A stretch of DNA of 64,000 bases. It comes from Promethearchaeia archaeon. GTDB taxonomy: Archaea; Asgardarchaeota; Lokiarchaeia; Sigyniarchaeales; SOKP01. Position 1 is the stretch's first letter, and each line of letters opens with the position of its first letter. A program made the position numbers and the translations under genes. Below the pieces are notes generated by a model, which made no database searches, was not told where the DNA came from, and saw nothing but the letters and a program-made list of their open reading frames with translations. The stretch covers positions 1-64,000 of the forward strand of contig JAWOCD010000115.1 in assembly GCA_046483985.1 (NCBI GenBank), written 5' to 3'. This document shows positions 1 through 10,234 of the stretch, piece by piece.

Positions 1-163
1 TTGTTGTCTCTCTCCATATTTTAATATAGAAATAATTTTTTGATCAGTCTCATCACTGAACCTCATATTATTTATTGTTTGCATGGTAGTGATATATATA
101 GCTTTTTGTGAAGCTCTGGGCGTCAAGAAATGTGAGAGGGCGATGGCAGTCTGACGGGATCAT

Positions 164-328
164 ATGCGAGTCCACTCCAGGAGTCCATTGACGACGTTGA
201 TGATAGACATCTTTGATCGCGACAATGAAGTACCAGATGAGTCAGTTAATGAAGCCGTTTACCAGGATGTCAAAGGGGATTCTTCTGACGAATTATCCGA
301 CATCAAGAAGAGATTGGGATATACTTAA
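164..328 (+). CDS. Small acidic ORF (54 aa), possibly foreign or the remnant of a longer gene
   Basis: Hand translation MRVHSRSPLTTLMIDIFDRDNEVPDESVNEAVYQDVKGDSSDELSDIKKRLGYT*. It lies in a locally GC-richer segment and is below the ORF-track length cutoff. Confidence 0.3.
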   Translation: MRVHSRSPLTTLMIDIFDRDNEVPDESVNEAVYQDVKGDSSDELSDIKKRLGYT

Positions 329-431
329 ATGGCAAATAGATGAGATTGATGTCGATTCAAGCGTTGAAATAACCTATAAGATTAAGGGATCTGGAGATTA
401 TCACCCACGTGACCTCGAATTATCCTATTAA
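315..431 (+). pseudogene. Orphan 3' end of a gene (beta-rich C-terminal fragment)
   Basis: The last 38 codons of ORF 213..431 (WDILKWQIDEIDVDSSVEITYKIKGSGDYHPRDLELSY) look protein-like and are followed by a T-rich terminator. The upstream part of that ORF is an alternative frame of 164..328. Confidence 0.4.
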
Positions 432-484
432 ACGAGACCTAAATTTTTTTTATTTTTATTGAAAATCTTTTATTTAGATCATTT

Positions 485-516
485 TGAGAAAAATGAATCT
501 TGAGAAAAATGAATCT
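485..516. repeat. Perfect 16-bp tandem duplication TGAGAAAAATGAATCT x2 upstream of ileS
   Basis: Read directly at 485-500 and 501-516. Confidence 0.9.
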
Positions 517-596
517 AAAAATTCTTAATAAATTAACTCCTTTTAGAATTATTAAGATAAGTTTAATTAAGATATCACACCTTCTGATGATTTTAT

Positions 597-3500
597 ATGA
601 ATTTACCCGAAGAGGAACAGAAGATATTAGATTATTGGTCTGATATTTCTATATTAGAATTAATTATAAACGCTGACAAGCCGAAAGGGCGGTATCAATT
701 TACCGAAGGTCCTCCCACCGCCAACGGTCTACCTGGAATCCACCATGTTTATTCCAGAAGCATTAAAGATATTATCTTACGCTTTAAATTTATGGAAGGA
801 TATTGGGTACCGAGAAAAGCAGGATGGGATACACATGGATTGCCCGTTGAGTTAGAAATAGAGAAAGAATTAGGACTTAAAACCAAAAAAGACATTGTGG
901 ATTATGGAATCGCTGAATTTAATGAAAAATGCAAATCAAGTGTCTTTCGATATGTAAAAGAGTGGGAAAAACTCACGGAAAGAATGGCCTTCTGGCTAGA
1001 TATGGATAACCCATATATAACTTGTGAAAATTATTACATTGAATCTGTGTGGTGGTCTTTAAAACAAATTTTTGATAAGGATTTAATCTATAAAGGACAT
1101 AAAATCGTTCCGTTTTGTCCTCGCTGTGAAACTTCTCTTTCTTCTCATGAACTTGCTCAAGGGTATGAGTCGGTTACCGAAGAATCCGTATATGTGAAAT
1201 TTAAACTATTGGATCCCAATTTCGAGGATGTAAAAATTATTGCATGGACAACCACTCCGTGGACACTACTGAGTAACGTTGCTTTGGCAGCGAATGCAGA
1301 CAGTCGCTATTCACTTGTAAAACATGAGGGTGAAAAATTGTTACTCGCAACCAAATTATTGGATACCGTGTTAGGCGAAGGGAATTATGAAAAAATAAGA
1401 GAATTCTTTGGATCGGACCTTCTCTATAAGAAATATGAGCCTTTGTTTCCTTATTTTGAAGATCTCGCGGATGATAATGGATTTGTCATAATCAATGCAG
1501 ATTTTGTTGATACAGAGCCAAGTTCGGAAAACATATCGACTGGCTTTGTTCATATTGCTCCAGCATTTGGAGAAGACGACTATGAAGTAGGAGAAGAATA
1601 TGACCTCCCCCTTGTGCAGCCCATTGATGAGAAGGGTTATTTTGATGATTCAATTCCAGAATTAGAAGGGAAATATTTTAAGGTCCCGAGAGAAAACAAG
1701 GGGAAGGAAGATGTGTGGGACACCGATGAATGGGTAATTGACCAACTGAAAGATATGGAAAAGTTATTAGATACGAGGGAATATACTCACGATTATCCAT
1801 TTTGCTGGCGATGTCACAGAGCTCTTTTGTATTATGCCCGCGAATCGTGGTTTATTGAAATGTCCCGATATCGCTATGAATTATTAGAAAATAATGACAA
1901 AGTAAATTGGGTTCCCAATACAATCGGAGAAGGTCGATTTGGAAATTTTCTTGATAATGTTAGAGATTGGTCCCTATCCCGAGAACGATTCTGGGGAACA
2001 CCATTACCCATTTGGGAATGTACAAACGAGGAATGTGAAAATTTACTTGCAGTGGGATCTTATGAAGAATTAAAAGATCTTTCAAAAGGAAATGTAGAGC
2101 TGGAAGATTATCATAAGCCCATGATAGACGAGGTTATTATCCCTTGTCCTAAATGTGAAAGTGATATGGAAAGAGTTCCCGAAGTTATCGACTGTTGGTA
2201 TGATTCTGGTTCTGCACCATTTGCCCAATATCATTATCCGTTTGAAAATAAGGAGGTAGTGGAAGAAGGAGGCGCATATCCAGTTGATTTTATTGCTGAA
2301 GGTATGGACCAAACGAGAGGCTGGTTTTACACTTTACATTCCATTGCAACCGTTGTTTTCGGACATAATGCTTTTAATAATGTGGTCGTAAATGGAATTG
2401 TTTTGGATGCCGAAGGAAAAAAAATGAGTAAAAGCGAAGGAAATACTATTGATCCTTGGACTATTTTTCATAAATATGGGTCTGATCCACTTCGATGGTA
2501 TTACTATGTGTCTGGGCCACCATATAAAGAGAAACGGTTAAGCAAAGAAAAAGTACGGTATGTGGTATCTCAATTCATCCGAAAATACTGGAATTCCTAT
2601 TTATTATTCTCAAAAAATGCGAAACGATTAGAAGTTACCCCATCTTTAGGATTCGATCCCAACCAATTAGAGAGTAGCCTGGATAAGTGGGCTGTTGCGA
2701 AAATCAACGACTTGGCTATAAATGTGAAAGATCTATTGGATGATTATCTTATTTATGAGTCATCTCAATTAATTCAAGAGTTTGTTATAAATGATCTCAG
2801 CAATTGGTATCTTCGATTGGTACGGGAAAGATTTTTGGAAAGACATCAAGATACATACAATGTCGTTTTCTATATATTTAGTATCTTGGATCGGCTATTA
2901 GCTCCTTATATCCCATTTGTTTCCGAGAAGGTCTTTTTGGAACTGCAGGATACCTTTGGCTATGAAACCGATCTAAAATCAGTTCATATGGCAGATTTTC
3001 CAGAGGGAGATCCAGACCTCGTTGATGAAGAATTATTGAAAGAGATGAACTTTTTAGTGAATTTTGTCCAAGAATTACGGGCCTTGCGAGACAAAGTTCG
3101 TATTAAAATCCGGCAACCAATTAAGGAATATCTTTTACATCTTGATGAGAATAAAATAGAAATTGTTAAAAAATTTGATCATCTCATTAAAAGTGAACTA
3201 AATGTGAAAGAGTTGAACTTTGTCTCGGAAGATAAAGCAAAGGCCTTATACAATGAGGAAATTGTTTTAGATCGTGGAGAGATCGGAAAAACATTTAAAC
3301 AAGACAGATTAAAAATTGAGGAATATCTTAAATCTTTAGGGCCGGATAAATTACGAGAAAAGATCTCCAAGGGGAATTTTACTACGAAGATTGACGGCAA
3401 AGAATTTAAGATCAAGAAGGATTATTTTGACATCGAACAAGAGGCAAAGGAAAACTATGCAGTTAAAAAACTTTCCTACGGAACCATCATAATTAATGGA

Positions 3501-3779
3501 AACCTTAATGAAGGATTATTAAGAGAAGGATTTGCACGAGAATTTATTCGAAATATTCAGAGTATTAGGAAAAAGCTGGAACTGTCACGGTTTAAGGAAA
3601 AAATAATTATTAATTTACTTAGTGACTCAGAAATAAAAGAAATATTGGGAGATTATATACAAGACATTAAAGAGGAAACTGGATGTATAAAGATTGGACA
3701 AGAAAAGAAAGGAGATGAATTCTCCTTTAAGATTCAAGGAGAAGAGATCAATATAGGTGTAGAAGTCAGCGAAGGTTAA
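597..3779 (+). CDS. ileS: Isoleucine--tRNA ligase (IleRS2 type, GIHH signature)
   Basis: EGPPTANGLPGIHH, GWDTHGLPVE, WTTTPWTL editing motif, DWSLSRERFWG, EGMDQTRGWF, KMSKS. Confidence 0.97.
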   Translation: MNLPEEEQKILDYWSDISILELIINADKPKGRYQFTEGPPTANGLPGIHHVYSRSIKDIILRFKFMEGYWVPRKAGWDTHGLPVELEIEKELGLKTKKDIVDYGIAEFNEKCKSSVFRYVKEWEKLTERMAFWLDMDNPYITCENYYIESVWWSLKQIFDKDLIYKGHKIVPFCPRCETSLSSHELAQGYESVTEESVYVKFKLLDPNFEDVKIIAWTTTPWTLLSNVALAANADSRYSLVKHEGEKLLLATKLLDTVLGEGNYEKIREFFGSDLLYKKYEPLFPYFEDLADDNGFVIINADFVDTEPSSENISTGFVHIAPAFGEDDYEVGEEYDLPLVQPIDEKGYFDDSIPELEGKYFKVPRENKGKEDVWDTDEWVIDQLKDMEKLLDTREYTHDYPFCWRCHRALLYYARESWFIEMSRYRYELLENNDKVNWVPNTIGEGRFGNFLDNVRDWSLSRERFWGTPLPIWECTNEECENLLAVGSYEELKDLSKGNVELEDYHKPMIDEVIIPCPKCESDMERVPEVIDCWYDSGSAPFAQYHYPFENKEVVEEGGAYPVDFIAEGMDQTRGWFYTLHSIATVVFGHNAFNNVVVNGIVLDAEGKKMSKSEGNTIDPWTIFHKYGSDPLRWYYYVSGPPYKEKRLSKEKVRYVVSQFIRKYWNSYLLFSKNAKRLEVTPSLGFDPNQLESSLDKWAVAKINDLAINVKDLLDDYLIYESSQLIQEFVINDLSNWYLRLVRERFLERHQDTYNVVFYIFSILDRLLAPYIPFVSEKVFLELQDTFGYETDLKSVHMADFPEGDPDLVDEELLKEMNFLVNFVQELRALRDKVRIKIRQPIKEYLLHLDENKIEIVKKFDHLIKSELNVKELNFVSEDKAKALYNEEIVLDRGEIGKTFKQDRLKIEEYLKSLGPDKLREKISKGNFTTKIDGKEFKIKKDYFDIEQEAKENYAVKKLSYGTIIINGNLNEGLLREGFAREFIRNIQSIRKKLELSRFKEKIIINLLSDSEIKEILGDYIQDIKEETGCIKIGQEKKGDEFSFKIQGEEINIGVEVSEG

Positions 3780-3830
3780 TTCCTAATTTTTATTCTCTTT
3801 TTATATTAATTTTTAACTTGTTTATTACAT

Positions 3831-5252
3831 CTAAATTTTATTTACTAAATTTGAAACTATTTTCTCAGTATCTTTGCACCGTTCTTTTGCTTCCTTTTTG
3901 TTTTTTGCTTCAGAGATAACTCTAATTATTGGTTCAGTATTTGAAGGGTGGATAAGCACAAACCACTTTTCTCCCTCACCAAACCTCAGATCATTCTTTA
4001 CCCTCCTAATATTTTCATAATCCGTTTTTAATCTATTATGAATATCGCTGGTTAATTTTTCAATATTTATTTTCCCCATGTTTACATTTTTTCTAAACGA
4101 ATGATATTGTGGTAATTTTTGAACTAAAAAAGAGATTTTCTTCCCGGTTTCAACTAAGATTTCCACAATTTGAGCTGCAGCATAAATCCCATCACGGGCA
4201 TTATTAAATTTAGGTATCATTACGCCTCCACATGATCCTTCTCCACCAAAAATAATGTTCTTTGATGCTTCATCCATTAACTTGTCCATTTTTTCTGCCA
4301 AATACCGTTCTCCCACAGGTGTTCGAATAACTTTTGCATCGTATTTATGTGCTAATGCTTCAAATCGTAATGATGATGCTAAATTCGTGACAAATATTGC
4401 TTTTTTCCCTTCTCGCTTGAACTGTCTTAAATTATACTCCGTAATTAATGCCAAGCCAATATCTTGAGGATAACATGTTCCATCATTGCCTATTATTGCT
4501 AATCTATCTGCATCGCAATCATGAGCAAATCCGACATCTAAATCTTGTTCTTGCACTGTGATAATCAGATCTTGTAAATTAGGTTCGATGGGCTCAATTT
4601 CTCTCGGATATTTTCCTTTCTGGGTAAAGTCATTATTTATCAATGTAAGCTGGCATCCAAGCGATTCTAAGATTTTAGGAGTTAAATATCTGCCAGCTCC
4701 CGCACCCGTATCTAAAGCTACCCTTAAATTGTTCTTTTTTTTAATGGAAGATATATTGAATTGGTCAAATAATCCCAACTTATATTCAAATATTCCATTT
4801 ATTTTATTTATGCTTCCTTTTTTTTTCTTGTCTATATATTCACTTTGCTGGATTTCCTTGGAGTTTAATATTTGAAAAATTTCTTCCAATTCAGAGCTAC
4901 TAAGGAATGTTTTTTCGGAAAGCAACTTAATACCATTCCAATGGGGAGGGTTATGTGATCCAGAAATGATAATCCCCCCTTCAATTTTGTGGAAGTTTTT
5001 AGCGTAAATAATTACAGGGGTAGGAGAGATCTCTAAATCGGTGACATCACATCCTACTTTAAGCAGCCCTTTAATCATCACCTCTTTTAACGGTTCTCCG
5101 CTCGGTCTGGTATCTCTTCCAATAATTACTTCCTTTTCATTTAGCCAGATTCCGAAAGCCATAGCAATCTTCTCTGCAATCTTAAGGGTTAAATCTTCTT
5201 CATATATCCCTCGAATTCCAGATGCAGTGACGATGAGATTATCTTCTTCCAT
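3831..5252 (-). CDS. Phosphohexomutase (phosphoglucosamine mutase / PGM-PMM family)
   Basis: SGIRG, GRDTR, catalytic GSHNP, metal loop DCDADR, GGEGS, SNTEP. The ATG at 5252 is preferred over the track start at 5285, which overlaps the ROK gene. Confidence 0.92.
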   Translation of the reverse strand: MEEDNLIVTASGIRGIYEEDLTLKIAEKIAMAFGIWLNEKEVIIGRDTRPSGEPLKEVMIKGLLKVGCDVTDLEISPTPVIIYAKNFHKIEGGIIISGSHNPPHWNGIKLLSEKTFLSSSELEEIFQILNSKEIQQSEYIDKKKKGSINKINGIFEYKLGLFDQFNISSIKKKNNLRVALDTGAGAGRYLTPKILESLGCQLTLINNDFTQKGKYPREIEPIEPNLQDLIITVQEQDLDVGFAHDCDADRLAIIGNDGTCYPQDIGLALITEYNLRQFKREGKKAIFVTNLASSLRFEALAHKYDAKVIRTPVGERYLAEKMDKLMDEASKNIIFGGEGSCGGVMIPKFNNARDGIYAAAQIVEILVETGKKISFLVQKLPQYHSFRKNVNMGKINIEKLTSDIHNRLKTDYENIRRVKNDLRFGEGEKWFVLIHPSNTEPIIRVISEAKNKKEAKERCKDTEKIVSNLVNKI

Positions 5253-5268
5253 AATATTCGCCTTTCTA

Positions 5269-6279
5269 TTAAACTGTTGGAACAATTGGATTCTTTTCTA
5301 GTTTATACTTGGCCAAAGCTAGAGCTCCTCTAAGGCCAACTTCGTCTGCAAGGGTAGTCTTTTTTATATTTGGAGGATGATTAATGGTAAATTCAATAGG
5401 ATTTTCCTTAAATTGTTTTTGAATCGGAGGAAGGATTTGATCCCTGTCTTTCATCATAGCTCCTCCCAAATACACGGATTTACAATCATAAAAATTATTT
5501 ACTAACCCTATTCCCACCTTTGTATAAAAGATACAATCATTCACCACTTTTTGGGAAAGCTTGTCTCTTTTTTTCGCTGCCAAGAATACTTCTTTTGCAG
5601 AAATCTTAGACTTGTCATTATCGACCATGTTCATTAAGATTTTGGAATCTAATTCGCCTTCTTCCAGGAATTTCAAGGTTCTGTTTTTTACCCCCGTCCC
5701 AGAACTGAACACTTCCCAACACCCCTTCGCACCACAATTACAGCGAATATCACTTTTTGGTTCAACCTTTCCGTGTCCGATCTCTGCTGCATTTCCCTCT
5801 TTTCCAAGCAGTAATTTCCCGTTACAAATCACTCCGCCTCCGATACCCGTTGAGAGGGTGATGTAGACTAAATTGTCCTTTTCTTGTTTAGTCGCTTCGA
5901 AATAATGAACTCCTAATACCGCCGCATTACAATCATTAATTATATTTATCGGAATTTCTGGAAATTCTTTTCCTATTGGTGCTTTCAAGGGGATACGTTT
6001 AAATCCAAGATTTGCATTGTTGAAGACTTCTCCTTTTTCCATGTCTAAAGGACCTGCAGAGGCTAATCCAATACTATGAAGTTGATCTTTGGTCAGATCC
6101 AGTTCTTCTATTAGTTCGTAAAGGAGAGTACAAATAGACGTGCTTATTGAATATTTATTTTCTTTTAGATTTGGAGTTGTTTTCACATGTATTTGTTCTT
6201 TATCTAAATCTAAACTGCTTAACGCAACTCGTATCCACGTTCCTCCCACGTCAATTCCCGCAATATATTCATTTACCAT
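5269..6279 (-). CDS. ROK family sugar kinase (glucokinase-like)
   Basis: GIDVGGT, INDCNAA, STGIGGG, EIGH and the CNCGAKGCWE Zn motif. Confidence 0.93.
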   Translation of the reverse strand: MVNEYIAGIDVGGTWIRVALSSLDLDKEQIHVKTTPNLKENKYSISTSICTLLYELIEELDLTKDQLHSIGLASAGPLDMEKGEVFNNANLGFKRIPLKAPIGKEFPEIPINIINDCNAAVLGVHYFEATKQEKDNLVYITLSTGIGGGVICNGKLLLGKEGNAAEIGHGKVEPKSDIRCNCGAKGCWEVFSSGTGVKNRTLKFLEEGELDSKILMNMVDNDKSKISAKEVFLAAKKRDKLSQKVVNDCIFYTKVGIGLVNNFYDCKSVYLGGAMMKDRDQILPPIQKQFKENPIEFTINHPPNIKKTTLADEVGLRGALALAKYKLEKNPIVPTV

Positions 6280-6303
6280 ATTATAGTAAAATAAATGAAC
6301 TAA

Positions 6304-7107
6304 TTAAAAATATTGAATTTTTATGGACTTATCACGAATTTTTTGTTTCATTCGCTTTCTAATCTCTCTTTTTCTTGAATCATCAATTGCATGGACATAA
6401 TATTCTGCGGGTGTTCGCGCGGTTGAATATATTTGCACTTTATCTGGTTTGATCCTCTTAATTGCACGGGCTAAATACGTGATATTATTCTGATTATTAT
6501 TGGACTGAAAATCATCATATGATAGATAGATGAGCGTCTGGATTGCTAGTTTATGCCCATTGGGCAATTCCTTTTTCAGATTAATTAATGAATCTATTAT
6601 TTTTTGAATGGATGGAGTTTCTGGATGAGGCCGATTGGTCCGTTTAAAATCCTCTTTTGTGCCCGCATCTAATTTAGCTAAAATCAATTCAAACTCCTTT
6701 ATTCTCTCTCTAATCTCTTTATTTATTAAAGTACTGGAGTTGGTAAAAAGAGTGAGTTTTGGTTTTTCCCCTTCCCACTCAAAATTTTCACGGACTTTCT
6801 TTGCAATCTGTAGGAAATCGGAGAGATTTTGATTGAGCGTGGGCTCTCCATTATATCCAAAGGTGATTGAATCTAAATGCGGGATATATTTTAAAATTGA
6901 TTTCAGTTCCTTTTGAAATTTCAATCTCGGTTTTATATCTACTCGACAAGAAGGAGGGACTAGTTGATTTTCTTTTATAGATGTCGAACCGATTTCGCAA
7001 TATACACAGTTAAAGGTACATGTTTTGACCTTTGGGAGAATATCGACTCCTAAGGATAAACCCAATCGTCTTGATTTAAAGGGTCCATAGATAAACTCTT
7101 TAACCAT
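6304..7107 (-). CDS. Radical SAM protein (COG0731-like)
   Basis: YGPFKSRRLGLSLG N-terminus, CTFNCVYC, GEPTL, TNSS, KLDAG. Confidence 0.88.
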   Translation of the reverse strand: MVKEFIYGPFKSRRLGLSLGVDILPKVKTCTFNCVYCEIGSTSIKENQLVPPSCRVDIKPRLKFQKELKSILKYIPHLDSITFGYNGEPTLNQNLSDFLQIAKKVRENFEWEGEKPKLTLFTNSSTLINKEIRERIKEFELILAKLDAGTKEDFKRTNRPHPETPSIQKIIDSLINLKKELPNGHKLAIQTLIYLSYDDFQSNNNQNNITYLARAIKRIKPDKVQIYSTARTPAEYYVHAIDDSRKREIRKRMKQKIRDKSIKIQYF

Positions 7108-7263
7108 TTTAATCTAAAGAGTAATTGAGTCCATAAGTGTTTATTTAAAAATAAAAAGTTCTCTTTGTTATTCTAATTATTATTAATATCTTGGAGGAGA
7201 ATGATTTGTATTAATATTAAAAAAAAGTATATAGTTATTAAATTTTAAGACAGTTCCAACTAT

Positions 7264-7863
7264 TTAATATTTACTTGCCTTTCTTTCGGGCATTCCGCTA
7301 ACTTTCGATAATGGATCGGCGAATATGACAATCAATAGAATAACTACTGAAATAAAGTGGGGCCATCGAAGCGGAATTGAGCCAATCCAAAAGAACAGAC
7401 AACTCCAGAATCCGAGAAAAATGGTAAACCCTCGAATGTCATTTCCAGTCTTTAAGAAATAAAGCGGAAAAGATTTCCATTTTTCCAAGATTTTAACTCC
7501 AGCTTTTGTCATTAAGGGTGTAGCAATTAAAGTGAAATATACGTAAAACTGAAGCAAATACAGACCAATAAACGTCCAAGCAGAGAAATTTATACCCCCT
7601 GGGGCGAAGTTAATAATATTTAAGTTCGTAAAGAATAATACTAAACTCCAGATCATCCCCCAGATCCCAACTCCTAAGGTTAAGTAGTCATACACATCAT
7701 TATATCCTACGTTTGCCATGGAATCCTCAAATTTCTGTAATCCGCTTTTGACTTTCTTTTTGGGTTTTTCTTCTGTTGGCTTTTTCTCCATCGTTGGTTT
7801 TTCTTCTTCCGTTGGTTTTTCTTCTTCCGTTGGTTTTTCTCCTTCTGACATTTTTTTTCTCAA
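7264..7863 (-). CDS. Hypothetical membrane protein (~4 TM) with N-terminal EEKPT repeats
   Basis: Hydrophobic segments after a charged, repetitive N-terminus. Confidence 0.75.
   Translation of the reverse strand: MRKKMSEGEKPTEEEKPTEEEKPTMEKKPTEEKPKKKVKSGLQKFEDSMANVGYNDVYDYLTLGVGIWGMIWSLVLFFTNLNIINFAPGGINFSAWTFIGLYLLQFYVYFTLIATPLMTKAGVKILEKWKSFPLYFLKTGNDIRGFTIFLGFWSCLFFWIGSIPLRWPHFISVVILLIVIFADPLSKVSGMPERKASKY
7762..7845 (-). repeat. 18-bp coding minisatellite, (E)EEKPT, about 4.5 copies
   Basis: Protein EGEKPT-EEEKPT-EEEKPT-MEKKPT-EEKP; repeated CGTTGGTTTTTCTTCTTC on the + strand. Confidence 0.85.
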
Positions 7864-7955
7864 AATATTATTGTTTAATTAGTTTATAACTTAAATCGAA
7901 TATATTTGTATTTAAATTTTTACAGATATAATTTAGATTATCATTAATAATAAAA

Positions 7956-8735
7956 TTATGGGTTTTTAGAGAGATTGGTAATAAACTTCTCAATTTCTTT
8001 ATTCACTTTCTTGGGTTGTTCAAGCATTACCATATGACCCGCTTTTCCTATAACCTTTAATTGGGCATCCTTAATTTTCTGCTTGAAATATAGAGAATAT
8101 TTTTTTGGGGTGAGTTTGTCCGCATTTCCAACTAGTATGAGAGTGGGAACATGAATTGATGTGGTCTTATCCATCGTATCAAAATCATCGCATATTTTAA
8201 AGTCTCTATAGATTATATCGGGGTCGAGTTCTTGCGTTTTTTCTACATATTTTGTTTTTATTGATTGGTTTGTTTCTCTGTAGAATGCAGCAATTGGGAT
8301 TGATTTCAAATATGCCTCAAAATCACCCTTCAATGAATTTAGAATAAACTCGTTTACTCTTAATTTCGAGCCGGTAGCACATAATATTAAACCACCCACA
8401 TCATCTGGATATCGGTAATAGAAAGATTGAGCGACGGCACCGCCGAGGGAATGGCCTGCTAAAATTAGATGCTCTGATTTTAGTTCTGTTTGAAATTTTT
8501 TAATTATTTTTATATATAGGTCCATAGAATTTTTTGAAAACTTTTCCGAGTTTCCATGACCCGGAAGATCGATGGCAATTAAGTCGAGGTTTATCTTTAA
8601 TGAGTTCAATTGCTCTTTCCAGACTTCTGAAGTTTCACCCGATCCGTGAATAAATAGGAGGACAATACTACTTTTTCTTAGTTTACGCTTGGTCCTATAA
8701 AAGATATTATGTTTTTTGAATTTAAAATAAGGAAT
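7956..8735 (-). CDS. Alpha/beta hydrolase; probable non-canonical ATT start at 8735
   Basis: GHSLGG nucleophile, DLPGHG, catalytic D (ADKLTP) and H (AGHM). The frame is open 42 codons upstream of the track TTG and includes FIHGSG, with no ATG/GTG/TTG before the upstream stop. Confidence 0.85.
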   Translation of the reverse strand: MPYFKFKKHNIFYRTKRKLRKSSIVLLFIHGSGETSEVWKEQLNSLKINLDLIAIDLPGHGNSEKFSKNSMDLYIKIIKKFQTELKSEHLILAGHSLGGAVAQSFYYRYPDDVGGLILCATGSKLRVNEFILNSLKGDFEAYLKSIPIAAFYRETNQSIKTKYVEKTQELDPDIIYRDFKICDDFDTMDKTTSIHVPTLILVGNADKLTPKKYSLYFKQKIKDAQLKVIGKAGHMVMLEQPKKVNKEIEKFITNLSKNP

Positions 8736-8823
8736 TAACCTTCACCATTGCGAGTCTTATAAAATAAAAAAGAAAAAATAATTAAATAACTTATATGAAT
8801 TAAATATCTTAGGTTGAATAATA

Positions 8824-10170
8824 GTGACTAACGTGTATATCGCCGATTCAAAGGAGAGCATACAGGCAGCGACAGACAAGATACTGAACCAAATCAAAGA
8901 TAAAACGGGTTCTATTTTAAAGAGCTCCAGAAAGGTGTATATAAAAATAAACGGGATCGATTTTAAAAAACATTGTTATACCTCTCCAGAAGTATTGGAA
9001 TCAGTAATAAAATATTTCAAAAGAATTGGAGCACGTGAAGTATATGTTATGGAAAATTCGACACAATCCAACATGACACGCGTGGTTTTTGCAGTTAATG
9101 GCTATAAAAAGATTTGTAAAAAACACGGGGCTAAGATCCTATATTTAGACGAGGAAGACTCAAAAGTCTATGAATTTAAAGGAAGCCCTTCAGCGCAGTT
9201 GGCTCCCAAAGGTTATCAATTAAAAACTCTGAAATTGCCTGAAACGGTAGTTAAAATAATGGAAAACCGGGATGAAATTACCTATATAAATCTTCCTAAA
9301 TTAAAGACCCATTCAATGGCAGTCGTTACACTAGGCATTAAAAATCAATGGGGATTTCCGCAGCATGGGTCGCGGGGGAAAGATCATAATTATAACCTTC
9401 ATGGGAAATTGGTTGATGTGTATGAATATATTCAACCAGATATCACCCTCATAGACGGAACAGAGGGAACTATTCACGGCCACTATCCACCGACCGCCTT
9501 TGAGGATGAGTTGGTTATTCCATTTAATATTCTTATTGGGGGGACGGATACCTTATCGGTTGATGTGGTCGGAGCACGTATTTTTGGTTTGTCCATAAAT
9601 GAGGTTCCTCATCTAAAAATTGCTCAAGAACGAGGTTTAGGAGAGGGTAACTTGGATAAGATTGAAGTGATGGGGAAAGATTTGAGTCAGTATGATAAAA
9701 AATATGACTGGCATCTATTGCAGAGATTTCCGGAAAACGTAAAACTGGTGAAAGGAACGGAGTTATTGTGCAGAGAAGGATGTTTAAATAATAGTTTAGC
9801 GTTATTACAAGTGTTGGCATATGATTATCCGGACAAGTTCCATGGAGATTGGTTTATTGTTATGGGAAAAGGTCACGATGAGGATATTGCGAAAAGGTTG
9901 GAGCACGAAGGATATACAAAAGGGTTGGTCTCCGGTGAATGTGCAATTGAAGAAGTCGGTGAGAAATTACGTGATAAATTTGGTAAAAAGCACGTCTACT
10001 ACTCAACGGAGTGTAATAATCTTGCTCAAACTGCCACCGCTATGTTTAATCTTAGTGGGGTTAGTGCATTAGATTTATTCAAAGGGAAGATCTCTCTATT
10101 AAAAATGATATTTCTCTTGATTGCAGGAAAACTTCATGGTTCGAAAGCCCGAATACCTTCTGTCTTCTAA
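8824..10170 (+). CDS. DUF362 domain-containing Fe-S protein
   Basis: INLPKLKTH, TLGIKNQWG, PDITLIDG, SVDVVG, plus a C-terminal CREGC...GEC...C module. Confidence 0.85.
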   Translation: MTNVYIADSKESIQAATDKILNQIKDKTGSILKSSRKVYIKINGIDFKKHCYTSPEVLESVIKYFKRIGAREVYVMENSTQSNMTRVVFAVNGYKKICKKHGAKILYLDEEDSKVYEFKGSPSAQLAPKGYQLKTLKLPETVVKIMENRDEITYINLPKLKTHSMAVVTLGIKNQWGFPQHGSRGKDHNYNLHGKLVDVYEYIQPDITLIDGTEGTIHGHYPPTAFEDELVIPFNILIGGTDTLSVDVVGARIFGLSINEVPHLKIAQERGLGEGNLDKIEVMGKDLSQYDKKYDWHLLQRFPENVKLVKGTELLCREGCLNNSLALLQVLAYDYPDKFHGDWFIVMGKGHDEDIAKRLEHEGYTKGLVSGECAIEEVGEKLRDKFGKKHVYYSTECNNLAQTATAMFNLSGVSALDLFKGKISLLKMIFLLIAGKLHGSKARIPSVF

Positions 10171-10234
10171 TCAAATGCTTCAAAAGAAAAGAAATAACTT
10201 ATTTAAATCATAAAAAATAAAAAGAAATATATAT

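Noticed and set aside
1371-5866. Short antisense or overlapping ORFs in the track here and throughout the window (e.g. 12153..12608, 43683..44045, 46803..47174, 60407..61129)
   Set aside because: They are shadow frames of well-supported genes on the opposite strand or in another frame.
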